Assembly (NCBI RefSeq): GCF_009914755.1
Contig: NC_060933.1
Strand: one strand, 5' to 3'
Source: the human T2T-CHM13v2.0 reference genome, Homo sapiens
DNA length: 64,000 nucleotides
Part shown: piece after piece, positions 50,311 through 63,299 of the stretch
Numbering within the stretch: position 1 is the stretch's first letter
Layout: every line of letters begins with the position of its first letter
Notes under the pieces: generated by a model
The model's input: the letters and a program-made list of their open reading frames with translations, nothing else
Databases searched by the model: none
Told to the model about the DNA's origin: nothing
Made by a program: the position numbers and the translations under genes

Positions 50311-52707
50311 TAATAGCATTGAATTTTAACACCTATATTTGACTTCAATAAATTTAAAATTTGTGAATATTTCTACCCTTTCTTAAATGATATAGAGATC
50401 TCAGATTTCTTTTTATTTCAATAATCCCAATTTCTACCTCTTTTTTTTTTTTAAGAAATTGAACAGAGTTTCAGATTCTTTGCTTAATTCCTGAAATATA
50501 AGACCTTGTCAAGAATATATATATTGGCCATGTCAATAAATTATTTCAAGAACTACTTTCTGTGTATCTTCTAGAAGATGTAAACTGGTTAATGTACATA
50601 ACTCAATGTCATTCCAGTCACCAATCAAAAAATTTGCACTGATAATCAAGTATATTTCCAGAATTGTACCAAATATCCTGAGTTATGTAAAGAAGCTGGT
50701 CGCCCAGTTCTTTTATCCAATCAGAATGGCTATCCTGTATTCATATTATTGAAATCATTTCATCCAGACTTAGTGCAGCTAGTTGTGTTGTAGTTCTTAT
50801 TAGGAATTGAACTCCATAATTCTTAGGGCTCCTCTTGTGTCATAGATCCTAAGTGTGGAGAGTTCATATGCAATATGTAGAGATAAAACTTCATGACAAG
50901 CCTAAACATAAAAAATTAAGCTACACATTCTCTTCATCAATATATTAATTTCTGAACACAGGAGTTAATCGTGGTGAGTACTTGATAAATAAAAATACAG
51001 ATGGCCATCATATTATTGTTGGAATAAAAAGTAAATCCCATAAAGAGAAAAACAATTGAAATTACAATCTTATATTTAGTGGTTTTTAAGTCCAAATATT
51101 TACAGATATATAGCTTAAATGCCACAGAGAAGCACAATTTGTGCCACAGAGAAGCACAAATTGTCTTTTTACAGTGATAAGTCTCATCTTATGTATTCAC
51201 CTATAGCTTGCATTGTTCCAGAAAGGGTTTTAAAGAAAACAATAGAATACAATAGGTGCAATGAGATCAAATAAATCCTAAATGAGTATTTGATGAAATT
51301 TGGGCAGGTTAAAAATTAGAATAAGAATATTTAGTTTAAGCCAGATTTCAGCAAAATATCTACCATGAGATTGTATATATTTATTAGAAGTGAGATACAA
51401 ATTTGGCTCTAGATTTTCTAGCAGCTAATATAGGGCAGGAAGGGGAGTTACTTACGAGATTCGTAGTGTCCATAAGATTAAAAAAAAATTGCTTGAGAAA
51501 AGCAAACCATTTCTCTTACAGAAACCAAGAGGTAATTTTCCTCCAGGTAATCATGACACACTGACACGTAGGGCATGCTAATCTTAACAACTAGCACGGT
51601 AACTTCTGCACTAAGATGCACAGGTGTTTTCTGGGCAGACAAGTGGCATCAGAAATCAACAAAGGCAGTCTGCAATATTGAGTTCTAAACTGAAGGGAAT
51701 TTGTTGGAATGTCTTTCAGGCAACCCAAACTTCATTTCTCTCGGTCAGCTTTTGCTTATGTACTGCATGACAGTAAACAAGAGAGGTTTACCCCATGGTG
51801 AGCATCTGGAGTGCAGCTATTTTCCCTGTTAGTAAGCGTGCAGAGCCACATGCTGTAATCATCAGCTGTGCTGGGTCTGGCCAAAATCCTCTCAGGAGTG
51901 TTGACAAACTCCCAAGAAGAACGCCTCAAGAGAAATCTTCCCCACCTCCCAGTGGAGGAAAACAAGATACTTGCATTCAGCACCAACGTTTTCTCGAGAC
52001 ACAACTCAGGACCCATTCTAGCATACAGATAAATACAAAAATACAAAAAAACAAAACAAAACAAAAAAAAACACCACCTCAAAACACTGACAATGAGGAC
52101 CCACAGAATTTTAACCTTTCCTAGTATAAGTAAGTCTGTCCAAAAAAGCCCTCCAAGATAAACATGGTTGGATAATAATGTATGCTGAGATAAACGGAGG
52201 TGTTAATTTGTTTATGGTTGTTAACTATAGGCTGGATGTTGGGGTCATCTAATGAAAATGATTGCTTTGGCTATAAGATGAAGGAGCTACAGGAGCCCTT
52301 CTTCTTGGCAGTCATGAGTGAGTGGGGTCTCTTGTCGATTCACTCCATTGCTATTTAATAACAGCAAAGCCATGCCTTGTGCCTGGAGGAGGGAAATCTC
52401 ATTTATTTTGTTGGACCTAAAACACTGGGGACACTTTTGATACCTAGACGCTGGTCATTTTTATACCTTTTTCCTATAAAAACTGTGATATTTTAAAATC
52501 TACTTTCTTGGCCTTTTCAAGTTTTAGAAGCCTTTTCAGTATAATTGCATCAAAATTACTAGAGATTTTTTAGTGGGAATTACATCCGTGTTATAATAGT
52601 TTGCTAAATTTCATAAAATTATATCTTTTATTTATTCTATAATGGAAATGATTTAAAGTCATTGTACTAGACAGGATGTTACATAGTTTAGTTGGTAGTT
52701 AAAACAA

Positions 52708-52819
52708 TTTTTTTTTTAGAGACAAGGTCTTGCTCTGTCACCCAGGCTGGAGAGCAGTGGTGCCATAATAGCTCACTGTAGCCTTGAACTCCTGGGCTCC
52801 AGCAATCTTCTTGCCTCAG
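52708..52819 (-). mobile_element. AluJ right-arm fragment
   Basis: Poly(T), gagacaaggtcttgctctgtcacccaggctgg...atagctcactgtagccttgaactcctgggctc. Confidence 0.88.
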
Positions 52820-52957
52820 ATATCAGTAACTGAAATATGGGATTATTGGGCCATTATATTCATTGGCACAAGAATGATTCTCATGCTGAATATTTCATGC
52901 TTCTTCCAGAATCAATGTTTAGGAGTAGATTTTGTCCTGAAAACCAATTTTCTTTAG

Positions 52958-53379
<422 letters not shown>

Positions 53380-54634
53380 CTGAATCAATTACTTTCTAGA
53401 TTACCTGGCACAAGTCACCTAAATTATAAATCTCAGTTTATTTGTTACAAATATGATTAGTAATAAGGGTCCTACTACTTTATGGTACTGATGTGATTAC
53501 AAAATAATGTCATATGTGTGAAAACATTTAAATCACATAAAGTCACTGTTGCTTTAGTACATGTGGTTAATAAAGAGGCACTCACTAGCCTAGCTTCATG
53601 GGGATAAAAAAAGGAACAGTGCGGTAGGTTGTTTAAAAAGCTTTCTATAGTTCAAACTATCGTGCATGCAGTGGCATCTTAGTGCCTGCTCTCCAATAAG
53701 CATCTCTTTACTTCATCCTACATCTCCACTTGGCCTGGCGTGCTCTGCAAACCTGCTACTGACAACAGTTTTCCCTGCTGATAGCCCTTATCTTTCTCTC
53801 TGTTATTTAGTATTTTTGAAACTTCTATCTTTGGCCCCTGCATTCTGGACATCCATTCCAGGCTACCTGTGTGTACATGTTCAAACAAAGTAACCTTACA
53901 CAACATAACCTCAAAAACATAGTAGGATGATGGAATCAACCAATCCTGTAGCTTGTAGAATTATGCAAAATAATTTATTTTCACATTTGTAAACTTCAGA
54001 GGATACTCTAAATTCATACAAGAAAAAAATAATAATCTTCTTAATTATGAGCCAGAGTGAGAAATATCAGCCTTCTTTCCTTTTCTTCACCTACCTCTAC
54101 TTTGGGGCCTCCCTCACTTTTGTGGTAGAAATCAGGTCTTTGCTTCTGCCAGTCTTAGGCTACACATGGCTATTTCACATGCTACCTAAGGTAAAAAGAT
54201 GCTTTACTTTGCATTTGACTACTAAATTCAGGATGATAATTACTGAATACCTGTCATATTCCAGGAATAATGCTGTGTGTAAGGGGCACATAATTTTCTC
54301 TTAGAGTGCTTATTGACCACTTGTAGAAAGGGTTTCTGCTTTGAGTATACTACTCAGGTTATTAGTGGATGCATGAATGTGGGAAGTGGGAAATTAAGGA
54401 ACCTCTAAATTTTACTCCAACTTACACAGTCTATTATCCTTTATACAAAATATAATTATTTTCACAGATTATACACATACACAGTATGCTGGGGTTTTTT
54501 AAATTAGAATTATAATTTGAGCATTAAGAAGTACTGTTGCTGTTGCATTCCACTTAATTGCCTGTGAATGTATTACTTCCTCAAATGTTCAGGAGAGTTC
54601 ATGGTTGCTTGGACCTGGTAGGGATTAAAGGGGA

Positions 54635-54749
54635 AGGTAATGACTCACCATCCCAGTTGTCTCAAGACTCACCCAGTTTTAGCACTAAGAGTTCCACATA
54701 CTGGGAAACCCCTCAGTTCTGAGAAAACAAGGATAATTGGCTCCCTTAG
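54635..54749 (+). mobile_element. MER81-like hAT-Blackjack MITE
   Basis: cccagttttagcactaagagttcc...gggaaacccctcagtt...ttggctcccttag; about 114 bp. Confidence 0.7.
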
Positions 54750-54820
54750 AGAATGTCTGAGTCATAGTTCTTCTGATATGTTGCATCATTCAAACTTACT
54801 AAGGATGTTAAAGAAGACAG

Positions 54821-55277
54821 TGTGGTGGTCATTGAGGTTGGCTCCCAACATCCATTTCACCCTAGTAACCTTCTACCCTGTTGCTGTGTTTTGTTAGAGG
54901 TGGCAAGGGCTAAGGCAATTTGGGTCAAAGTGATGTTGGGAGAAGCTTGCTAGGGACTTCTGAAAATGGCAGTGCCTTACTTTTAAGAGAGAACATAGAA
55001 AGGCAGCCTTTCTCTCCTGTTAAATGCCCCAGTATTCCTGGCAGCCATCCCACAACCTTGAAGGAAACAAGGCTTGGAGGGAAGCCAAAAGTGAAGGCAG
55101 AGAAAACAAAGCCTGGGTCCTGGATGATACCATCCGGCTGTGAAATAAACCAACTCCACAGCCCACTGTACCTCTGACTACTAGTTGGTAAACAAATATC
55201 CTAATGTGTAAGCCAGTTTAAATAAGGTTTCGGGTTACTTTGTTTGTTCCAGCTAAAAGCATTGCAGATGATGATCA
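54821..55277 (+). mobile_element. Old MLT1 (J/K/L-like) LTR
   Basis: ggcagccatcccacaacc...agcctgggtcctggatga...taagccagtttaaataaggtttc...gttactt. Confidence 0.7.
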
Positions 55278-57216
55278 TGGAAAGTAATAAAGCCTTTAAT
55301 TACCAATTGTCCTGACTGAATGGGTGAAAAATGTATCTTGGCATAAGATGATGGTTATGCAGCGAAAGCAGAGCCATAAAGAGATTGTTGCTTTAACTTT
55401 AAAAGTACAACTAGAACAAGGATTGTTTTTTTTAAAGGAGAAGCTGAGAAACAATTGAATAGGCCATTGACCAATAAAAATTAGCGGGGGATTGCATTGT
55501 TTTAAATCCTCAAGTTGATTGTTAAAAATAGTGAAAAGTTTTTAAAGGCCATATGCTTTAAAAGGAGGTTAGATGCCTAATTCCAATAACAGAATCTGTC
55601 CACAGCACTGCTTTTTGGTCCTATGCCCCAGGAGATCCATTTTTGTTTGTCAGATGTTATTTGTTGAATGGATATGATATTCCTGACATTGTAAATGTAA
55701 GACCAAATCAAAAAGGATAGAAATATAAATGAATAGACCCATTCTGCAAGAGAGAGAGACAGAAATGGAGAGAGAATAGGAGAATAAGAGAAAGGAGCTT
55801 GTTATAAATTATTGTGCTTTCAACTTATCACAAAAAGCTCATTCTTGTATTCCCAAACTGCAAAGACAACAGGTTAAAATAATAACCTTGAGTGTAGATA
55901 AAAGAAAGTTGATTATAAATTCAACATGGGTTTCATTATTTGTTCTGTATTTTAAGATGACATTCATCATAAAGGCACACCAACCCCGAAAATAGTTACC
56001 AACTCTCCACTTTAGACAACATGAGACAGTATGAGAACAGCAGGTCTGAAAAAAGGAAAGCATTTTTTTGCATTATGCTATTAAATGGAACACTTAATCA
56101 GCTTTTTTGCCAAGAGAAAACTTCCCATTATGTTAAGTTCTAAATAGGGCTGTGGGAAAAAAGTCTGCAAATGGAAAGGCTGTGGAGATGTGTCTGTTGA
56201 CTTTGGTTGTTTCATAAAGTGTTAAGAGAGTCAGCATTTGTCAAAGATTCTTGGAAACCTTGGTTTAAGCAATTCTCTTTACCTTTTTGTCTGAGATTTG
56301 ATGTCCCAACTTGGTAAATAGTGCATTTTTCAGGACAGATCTGTCAGAGTTTCCTCTTGTTCTCCCTTCACTCCTGCTCCCCCTTGTCCTTAGGCTGTTG
56401 CCAGGTGTTTGAGTATTATGTCGGATCTCCAGCATTATGTCATGGAAAAGCAACAGTAAGATCTGTAAACTGCCTTTCAAAACAGTTCTCCAGGAAGCCA
56501 GTCTGAATTTACTCTGGTTTTTAAAAAAGAATCATGTGTTTGACCAGCAGTTGCTTTAAATCCTGCTTTTTTCCACCAGAGATAAAGAAATGAAAAATGT
56601 GGGTATTGGTTTTTGCTGGCAAGATGTCGATCTAAGGTTTGCAGCATTCAGCATAAAATAAATGCACATGCTTTATTCAGAAATCTCATCCATTGATAAA
56701 TGGGATCATTTAGAGACAGGACTGGTAGACTCTACCTATTCTTCTCCAAAGGAAAGCCTTGAGGATTTGCACTTTGTATGACATAATGGAAACAGACCCA
56801 TTTTCTGATAGGGTATTTATCTGGCAAAATTCAATGAATGAATGGTTGGAGAGTCAGTATAGAATCTGTTCTGGAGCTTCTGAAGCATCCCTAGACCAAA
56901 TTATATCCTGAACTGTACAGGTCTATCATCCTTCTCAACTGCAAGTGGTCAAAGACCTCTGAGCCTGTGTATTTGAAACTGACTGGTGATGAAAAGTGTA
57001 GTTTAACTAGTCTTGATTCAGCCTGGTTTAAGTTGGACACATTTTAGTTTCTTTGGTCTGTGACACAGATGTCTGCTGGATGAGCACCATCCTAGAGGCT
57101 GAACTAAAATTTACAAATATGTCATTTTTCTGCATGGGTAATATATACATCAAAGAGGAAGTACAAGACCCCTATATGTTGTCTTCTGCTTTCCAGATGT
57201 TTCTGAAATTACTTAC

Positions 57217-57317
57217 TCCCTTTTAGTCTGGCCTTTCTGTGGAAGGAAACCTTTGATGCTAATCAACATTTGAAGTAGACCATTGATGCTGAGAGTTCTT
57301 GGGGCTAGCTCTTGCCT
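57217..57317 (-). other. Candidate 101-nt exon
   Basis: Acceptor aattctcttcag|, donor GGA|gtaagt; one open frame (RQELAPRTLSINGLLQMLISIKGFLPQKGQTKR). Confidence 0.25.
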
Positions 57318-57654
57318 CTGAAGAGAATTTGCATAGGTTATCTACTGTAACCCACAAGGCAGTCAGTGACCCCATACTTTATCCAACCTTAGAGCACTCT
57401 GGTCCTTTTCATTAAACTGTTGGCCTGCCTCTTAGGTGCTCCTGCCTTTGCACAGTCCCAGTTGATGATAAGACAGTTGGTGGCCATGGCTGTGGAGATT
57501 TAGCTCAATATGGAAGTAGTCAGAAGGTTGACTGAAAGCTGGAATGTCAGGGTGCCCCCTCCTGGACTTATTCAATATAAAAATTAGATTGTGACTTAGT
57601 TCAGAGGAAGTTTGCTATTAATCCATAAAATCTAAGTCTCTTGTGCTGCAGTTT

Positions 57655-57890
57655 TTATGTTAATATTATTTTAACCTAAAAATAAATATTCATTACTATT
57701 CAAATAAATAATAATTTAATATTAATTAAATTTTATATTAACAAATATTAAACTTTAATGAGTGAAATTATATATTAATTATATTAATTTATATCATGTA
57801 ATATAATTAAAATTAATATTAATTAAATTTTACATTAATAAATATTAAATTTTAATAAATATTTTTATAATATTATTTTTATGTTAATAA
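57655..57890. repeat. Extremely AT-rich low-complexity tract with a 44-bp internal direct repeat
   Basis: Copies at 57716-57759 and 57813-57856 (41/44 identical). Confidence 0.85.
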
Positions 57891-58071
57891 TGTCCTGTGC
57901 AAATAGAGTACCAGCCTTTATCAGCTTAAAAACTGGGATCCCTTGCACAAAACTATGTCCTTGCTTTGCCATGGTGATCTCAACTCTCAAGGTTTAACCA
58001 CTCACATTTTTAAACTCTATTAGTTCACTTAGTCACTTTTAAATTACAAGCATAAAAACTCAGCACATTTT

Positions 58072-58151
58072 TATGATCATGCCACTGCACTTCAGCCTGG
58101 GCAACAGAACAAGACCCTGTCTCTTTTTGTTTAAAAACAAAAGCAAGAAAC
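58072..58151 (+). mobile_element. 5'-truncated AluJ 3' stub
   Basis: tatgatcatgccactgcacttcagcctgggcaacagaacaagaccctgtctc plus A-rich tail; flanks aaaactcagcacatt / aaaaccttagtacatt. Confidence 0.85.
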
Positions 58152-60079
58152 AAAACCTTAGTACATTCCTAAATAGGGGTCCTAAGAAATGTATGCCTTG
58201 GTTCTATATGCACTATGCCTCTTTATATCGTAACATTGATCTGGCTCTTGTATTTTCTAACAGAATCCCTGATGATGATTTTTATTCTCTGTGCCGTGCT
58301 ATTCACAGTGATCCTGGGATCTACTATTTTTTAACCCCTATGCATAAATTAGACATTATCACTAAGTTTAGGTTTGTTTAGATTTCTTATCCGATTTTTG
58401 TTTCCCCTTTTTCCCCCACTCTTTTACCCTTATCCACAGGTGGTATTCTTGAAATGATTTTCTAATAGTCTATGGAGTTATGAACTTAGAATGAGTTGAG
58501 AGTGCCTTGCTTCCTTTCCCATATGATATTATCATCCCAGAAGGAAATCCTGCCTCGTGGTATAATTCTTTTCAAGAAGAGAAAGGAACACATTCTCTGA
58601 GCTTTAAAAGTACTGTATTTCTTGAGTCTATGATACCATTGAATCCATGATTAAAGATGCTGTTACGTGCACTCCAAAAAAGAAAAAAAGCTCAAGATGA
58701 AAAATCTAATAATAGACTTGCAATTAAGAGGGCTACATCATTATTATGTGAGTAAATAAATGAACAAACAAAACCACCGTGTGAAAAGAGACAGCAAGAA
58801 AATGTATTTCTCAACATCGGTACTGGTGGAGGAAAGAAAAACTTCTCCCCTGATTATTTGAACCAAAACCCAATACAAGTACATGTTTTCAGTCTGAATT
58901 CATGAAAGTGATTGTAAATCACCATTGGATTATAGGACATACCACAATTTCAGAGATGATGAAATACATTGAAAAAGGTTTATTTTTAAATCAATGAAAC
59001 ACACTAATTTAAATTGTTCAAAAGTTAGTGTTTGTCTATATTTTTCTTAACTTCTAAAGGTTTGGGTAAGCATCTATACCTCATTGTCCTACTCCAAACT
59101 GGATTTCCAGATGTCTTAAGGTCATTTATCACTGAATAAGCCTCTCTGGATTCAACTTGATGTTTTCTCCCAGCCTCCATAAAGATGGAATATTTTAGAG
59201 GCTAATGCCCATAATGAGGTGTGTACGTTTTAAAGACCCCAGGAGCAGTACAGTATTGTCTTGCTCAGGGCAGTGTACATCAAGATGTAATTGTCAGATG
59301 TAAAATGACACTGAAAGTACATTCAATCTAACAGCTGGCTTTATAGTATTGGTTTTCAACACTCTCTTTCCATCAGAGCCACAATAGACTATCATCTTAC
59401 TAAATTTCTCAAATTAAATAGAATCAGCCTTCTCATTCACATTGAATGGTAGACTCCCAGTGAATACCCTGATGCTTCATGTAACATATGTGCGGTTGAA
59501 TTACTCTGCTACTGACCCATAGGTCCTCCCATTGTGTCATTATGATAAAATAGAAGTATGAGGTCATATTGAGTAAAATAACTTAAAATGTTTTTGTTTA
59601 AGAATGACCTGAACACTGTGTGTTCATCAGATACAGCTATATGCAAATTTTCTTCTACTTTAGTCTAGATCAGAGTTTTTCACTCTGGATCATTAGTGCA
59701 GTTATTAATATTAATTAAATTTGGAAAATTCTATCCACTCTGTTCCCTTTCTTAAAAAGTCACAATACCCATTTGAATTTTAAATGCCTTGAAAGGCCCT
59801 GGGATAAGGAGATTTAACTTTTCACAGTCAACTTTTTACAATTATTTTCCCTTGAAACCATGTCTTTCACATAAAATTTATTCTAATTTTGCTTTACATA
59901 ATTTAAGGTGCTGTCTAGATCCCATTTATTCATTTTCACTCTATTAGCAATGATTAGAGAGGCAGATCTGGTAGGATCTTATAGGCTGTTTTAATAGGAG
60001 GTCACTGAAGGGTTTTATAGGTGAGTGATCTAATCTGATATACAGTAGGAGTAAGGAAATCAAATTCCCTCCATCAATA

Positions 60080-60165
60080 AAAAGTTCATTCATTTATTCA
60101 TTTAACAAATGTTTAATGAGTTTCTATTATATGTGAGGCATTGTGTTAGATGTCAAAGAGTGAAA
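60080..60165 (-). mobile_element. L2 3' end fragment
   Basis: ttcattcatttattcatttaacaaatgtttaatgag...tatgtgaggcattgtgttagatg. Confidence 0.7.
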
Positions 60166-60535
60166 TTCAGATGATAATGTAGATGGTACAATGTAAACCA
60201 ATACAATTATAGCCATCCCAGGGGCTGGAATCTTAAGATAGTATGTTGAAGTGTAAGGGTAGGGAAATTCAGTTCAACAAACACATACCACAGAGCCACT
60301 TATGTGCTAGTTAGATGTTCTCTCCTGGGGTTACAGAGATGAATCCAGTACATTTTTAGCTCTTGGGGAGCCTACGAGCTTGTGGGTGGAGCCACATCTG
60401 TTCACTGCCAAGTGTCAGAAGCATTTGTAAATCAAGGGTTGAAGAAAGCAGAACAGTCTTTTCTTTGCCCAGAGATAATTCACAAACTTAAGGATTGAAG
60501 GAGCTGATAAATTTCTTTAGTTCCTCTGTCTGCTT

Positions 60536-60537
<2 letters not shown>

Positions 60538-60589
<52 letters not shown>

Positions 60590-60595
60590 TATATA
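60538..60595. repeat. (TA)n microsatellite at an Alu tail
   Basis: About 28 TA units with one CA interruption. Confidence 0.95.
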
Positions 60596-60599
60596 AAAT

Positions 60600-60917
60600 T
60601 ATTTTTTTCTTTTTTTCTTTTTTGAGACAAAGTCTTGCTCTGTCACCCAGACTGGAGTGCAGTAGCATGATCTCGGCTCACTGCAACCTCCGCCTCCCGG
60701 GTTCAAGCGATTCTCTTGACTCTCAGCCTCCCAAGTAGCTGGGATTACAGACGCGTGTCACCATTTCTGGCTGATTTTTATATTTTTTTTGTAGAGACAG
60801 GGTTTCACCCTGTTGGCTGGTGAACCAGGCTGGTCTCGAACTCCTGACCTCAAGTGATCTACCCGCCTCGGCCTCTGAAAGTGCTGGGATTACAGGCATG
60901 AGCCACCGCACCTGGCT
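60600..60917 (-). mobile_element. AluS (Sx-like) with small insertions
   Basis: Full dimer; extra ctggtgaa in tgttggctggtgaaccaggctgg; flanks tgctttacat / tactttacct. Confidence 0.94.
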
Positions 60918-61425
60918 ACTTTACCTTTATTTTAAAGTCTTCATTTTAGAATACTGTATGCCATAGCTTTCAAAAATAATGCATTTTATTATCAAAGACT
61001 ATAGGAAAACATAAAAAAGAAAATTTGAAGATTTTGCAGCCATGGAGCTGGCTTGTTCCAAGACAAAAACCAGGGTTTCCTAGAGTTGCCTTTGTTCCTG
61101 ACAAATTTTTTGGTGTTGGTGCTGGTCCAAAATGTTCTTATAATCAACTCCCTTATTATAGGCAATAACTCAGGAAAGGACTGTGTTTATACATCAAAAA
61201 CCACAATAACAACAACAACAACAAAACTAGTTAGATATACTGTAGCACTGAGGTGATAGTGCTATAGTGTGTCTAATTAGTGATGATTGATGAGTGCTTT
61301 ACTTTCCAATAAAATGTGATTTTTAGCTACTGGCGCTCAAGATAATGTCTTTCACTATGTCATTGTACTTAAATCTAACCCTAGCAACTCCCTCTTTCCA
61401 AAGCCATTAAGTTTTTTCTTTTTTT

Positions 61426-61460
61426 TACCCTAGAACTTAAAGTATAATAATAATAAAAAA
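61426..61460 (+). mobile_element. Ultra-short L1PA 3' terminus
   Basis: taccctagaacttaaagtataataataataaaaaa matches the last bases of young L1PA elements. Confidence 0.75.
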
Positions 61461-63299
61461 GAAATAACATACTTTTACATTATTGTCCTACTGTGATACT
61501 TATTTCTAAGTATGTGGACCATATACTCTGATCACCCTATCATATTTCAGTTGGTGATATCTCTTTCTTGACAAGCATAGAAATATAATTCAGTCTTTTC
61601 TCCAGTACTGTTAATCAGAACAATTTTTGTTGATAGTTTTAAAAGTTTCTTTTAACTTCGGTACTCAGTATTTGTAATGTCATATAAATTTTGGGGATCA
61701 TTATCAAACTTGGAAGGCCTTTACTATGTTTCGTTCATAATACGCTCTAACAGAATACTTGCCATTTATAGTATTGCTATGTTTGTGCCTACAAACTCAG
61801 GAAATCAAGTAAATTTTATTTTGTACTTTTCATAAAAATGTATGATGTATTTGCAATTGTACATAGAATACGTTTCGAACAGGAGTGAATTTCCATTTTG
61901 ACTTGGTGTCAATGAAAACCAAACCCTCAGCTTAAAATGTGTATATGTCTAATAAATGGAGGAATTTTCTACAGACTATCTTTGGGTTCTATACGTTGCA
62001 AACCTTGCTTTTACTCATTATTCACGTATTTCTGATATTAGGTACCCCTTACATTAGGGTAGATCCCACTAGGATCTCTAGCCCTGTGCTTCGTGCCATG
62101 ACATTAGGTGATTCAATATAGTGCGTAGTAGGAGTATTTCATGAAGCTCAGGACAGCTGGCAATAACTGTACGATACCCTGGAGTAATTGTAAACAGCAT
62201 AAATACACCTCACTAAGTCCAAACTAAATCTACCCTAAGTTTAAATTTTCCTTAGCTGGATATCAAAAATATTCTTGATCCCTCCAGTGGAAATTGACCA
62301 GAGAGAAAGTAGAATGGCGAGGAAATTAAAGTGGAGAGAGACTGTGGCCATTAACCAACTGTGGTTTAAGTATTTTATTTCTGTGATAAATAAATAATAT
62401 TTTATTTTTTGGAAAACTTAATGCTCGTATGAACACATTGCAAGGGCTACTCCCAAGGCCTTGGAACGCATGCCCTTGAGGAGTCTGAAGCTTTCAGTTC
62501 ATTAGCTTTCCACCTCTGAGTTTTGTTTTTCTCATGTTACCAAGTGACATAGGCTTTTAAAAATCCACATTATACCTCTTCTCTATTGCATGGCTTCTGG
62601 CTACTCACAGTTTCTGTTGATTCCCACGGAGCCCAGTTCTACGTTCTGACTTCTCTTGCTGCAGCCTTTCAGCTTAATCTCTCACTGTTTACTTCTTTTC
62701 ACTCCAGTAGTGGTTGGTTTAGTTTAAGTACCAATGCCTGCACCAGCTACCTGGGACCAAGCTGGGAGAGAGTAGAGGGACAGTATCTGAAGAGGCCTTC
62801 TCTGAAGCATCACCAAATTTTAACATCTGTAAAGTAGGAAAGTGAGTTAAGGAGCTAGGACCACTGGGGTGGTAGAATCTGCCACCCTTGGTTAATGGTT
62901 GCGAGAACACATCTAAAGGAAAACCACTTCTCTATTGTGCTTCTTGCCTTCTTTTTTTTACAGTGAATCCTTTTCATCGAATATTAATAACTCTCATATT
63001 GATATATTACCTTTAAAATGGTTATAAATGCACCACTTTGGGAATATGTGTTCAGGGAGAGGAAGCTGTTCGCGTGATCTCAGCTGTGCTTCTGATATGC
63101 TTCCCCTTAATGGAAGCTGTGGGAGGACCGTTCTCACCTGCAAGGGTATGGGGGCAAGCAGGCTTCATGACCAGCATTTCTAGCACAAGTAAATATGTAA
63201 ATATTAAATGTGCATATATCATATACATTTCTCATATCGCAGAGTCAATTATATCTATGGGAAGGAAAACAGATTTCTTGTGAGCTATCTGGTGATAGG

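Noticed and set aside
58264-58320. Possible C/D box snoRNA (atccc-TGATGATGA...gggat terminal stem)
   Set aside because: No CTGA D box next to the 3' stem and no recognisable rRNA guide
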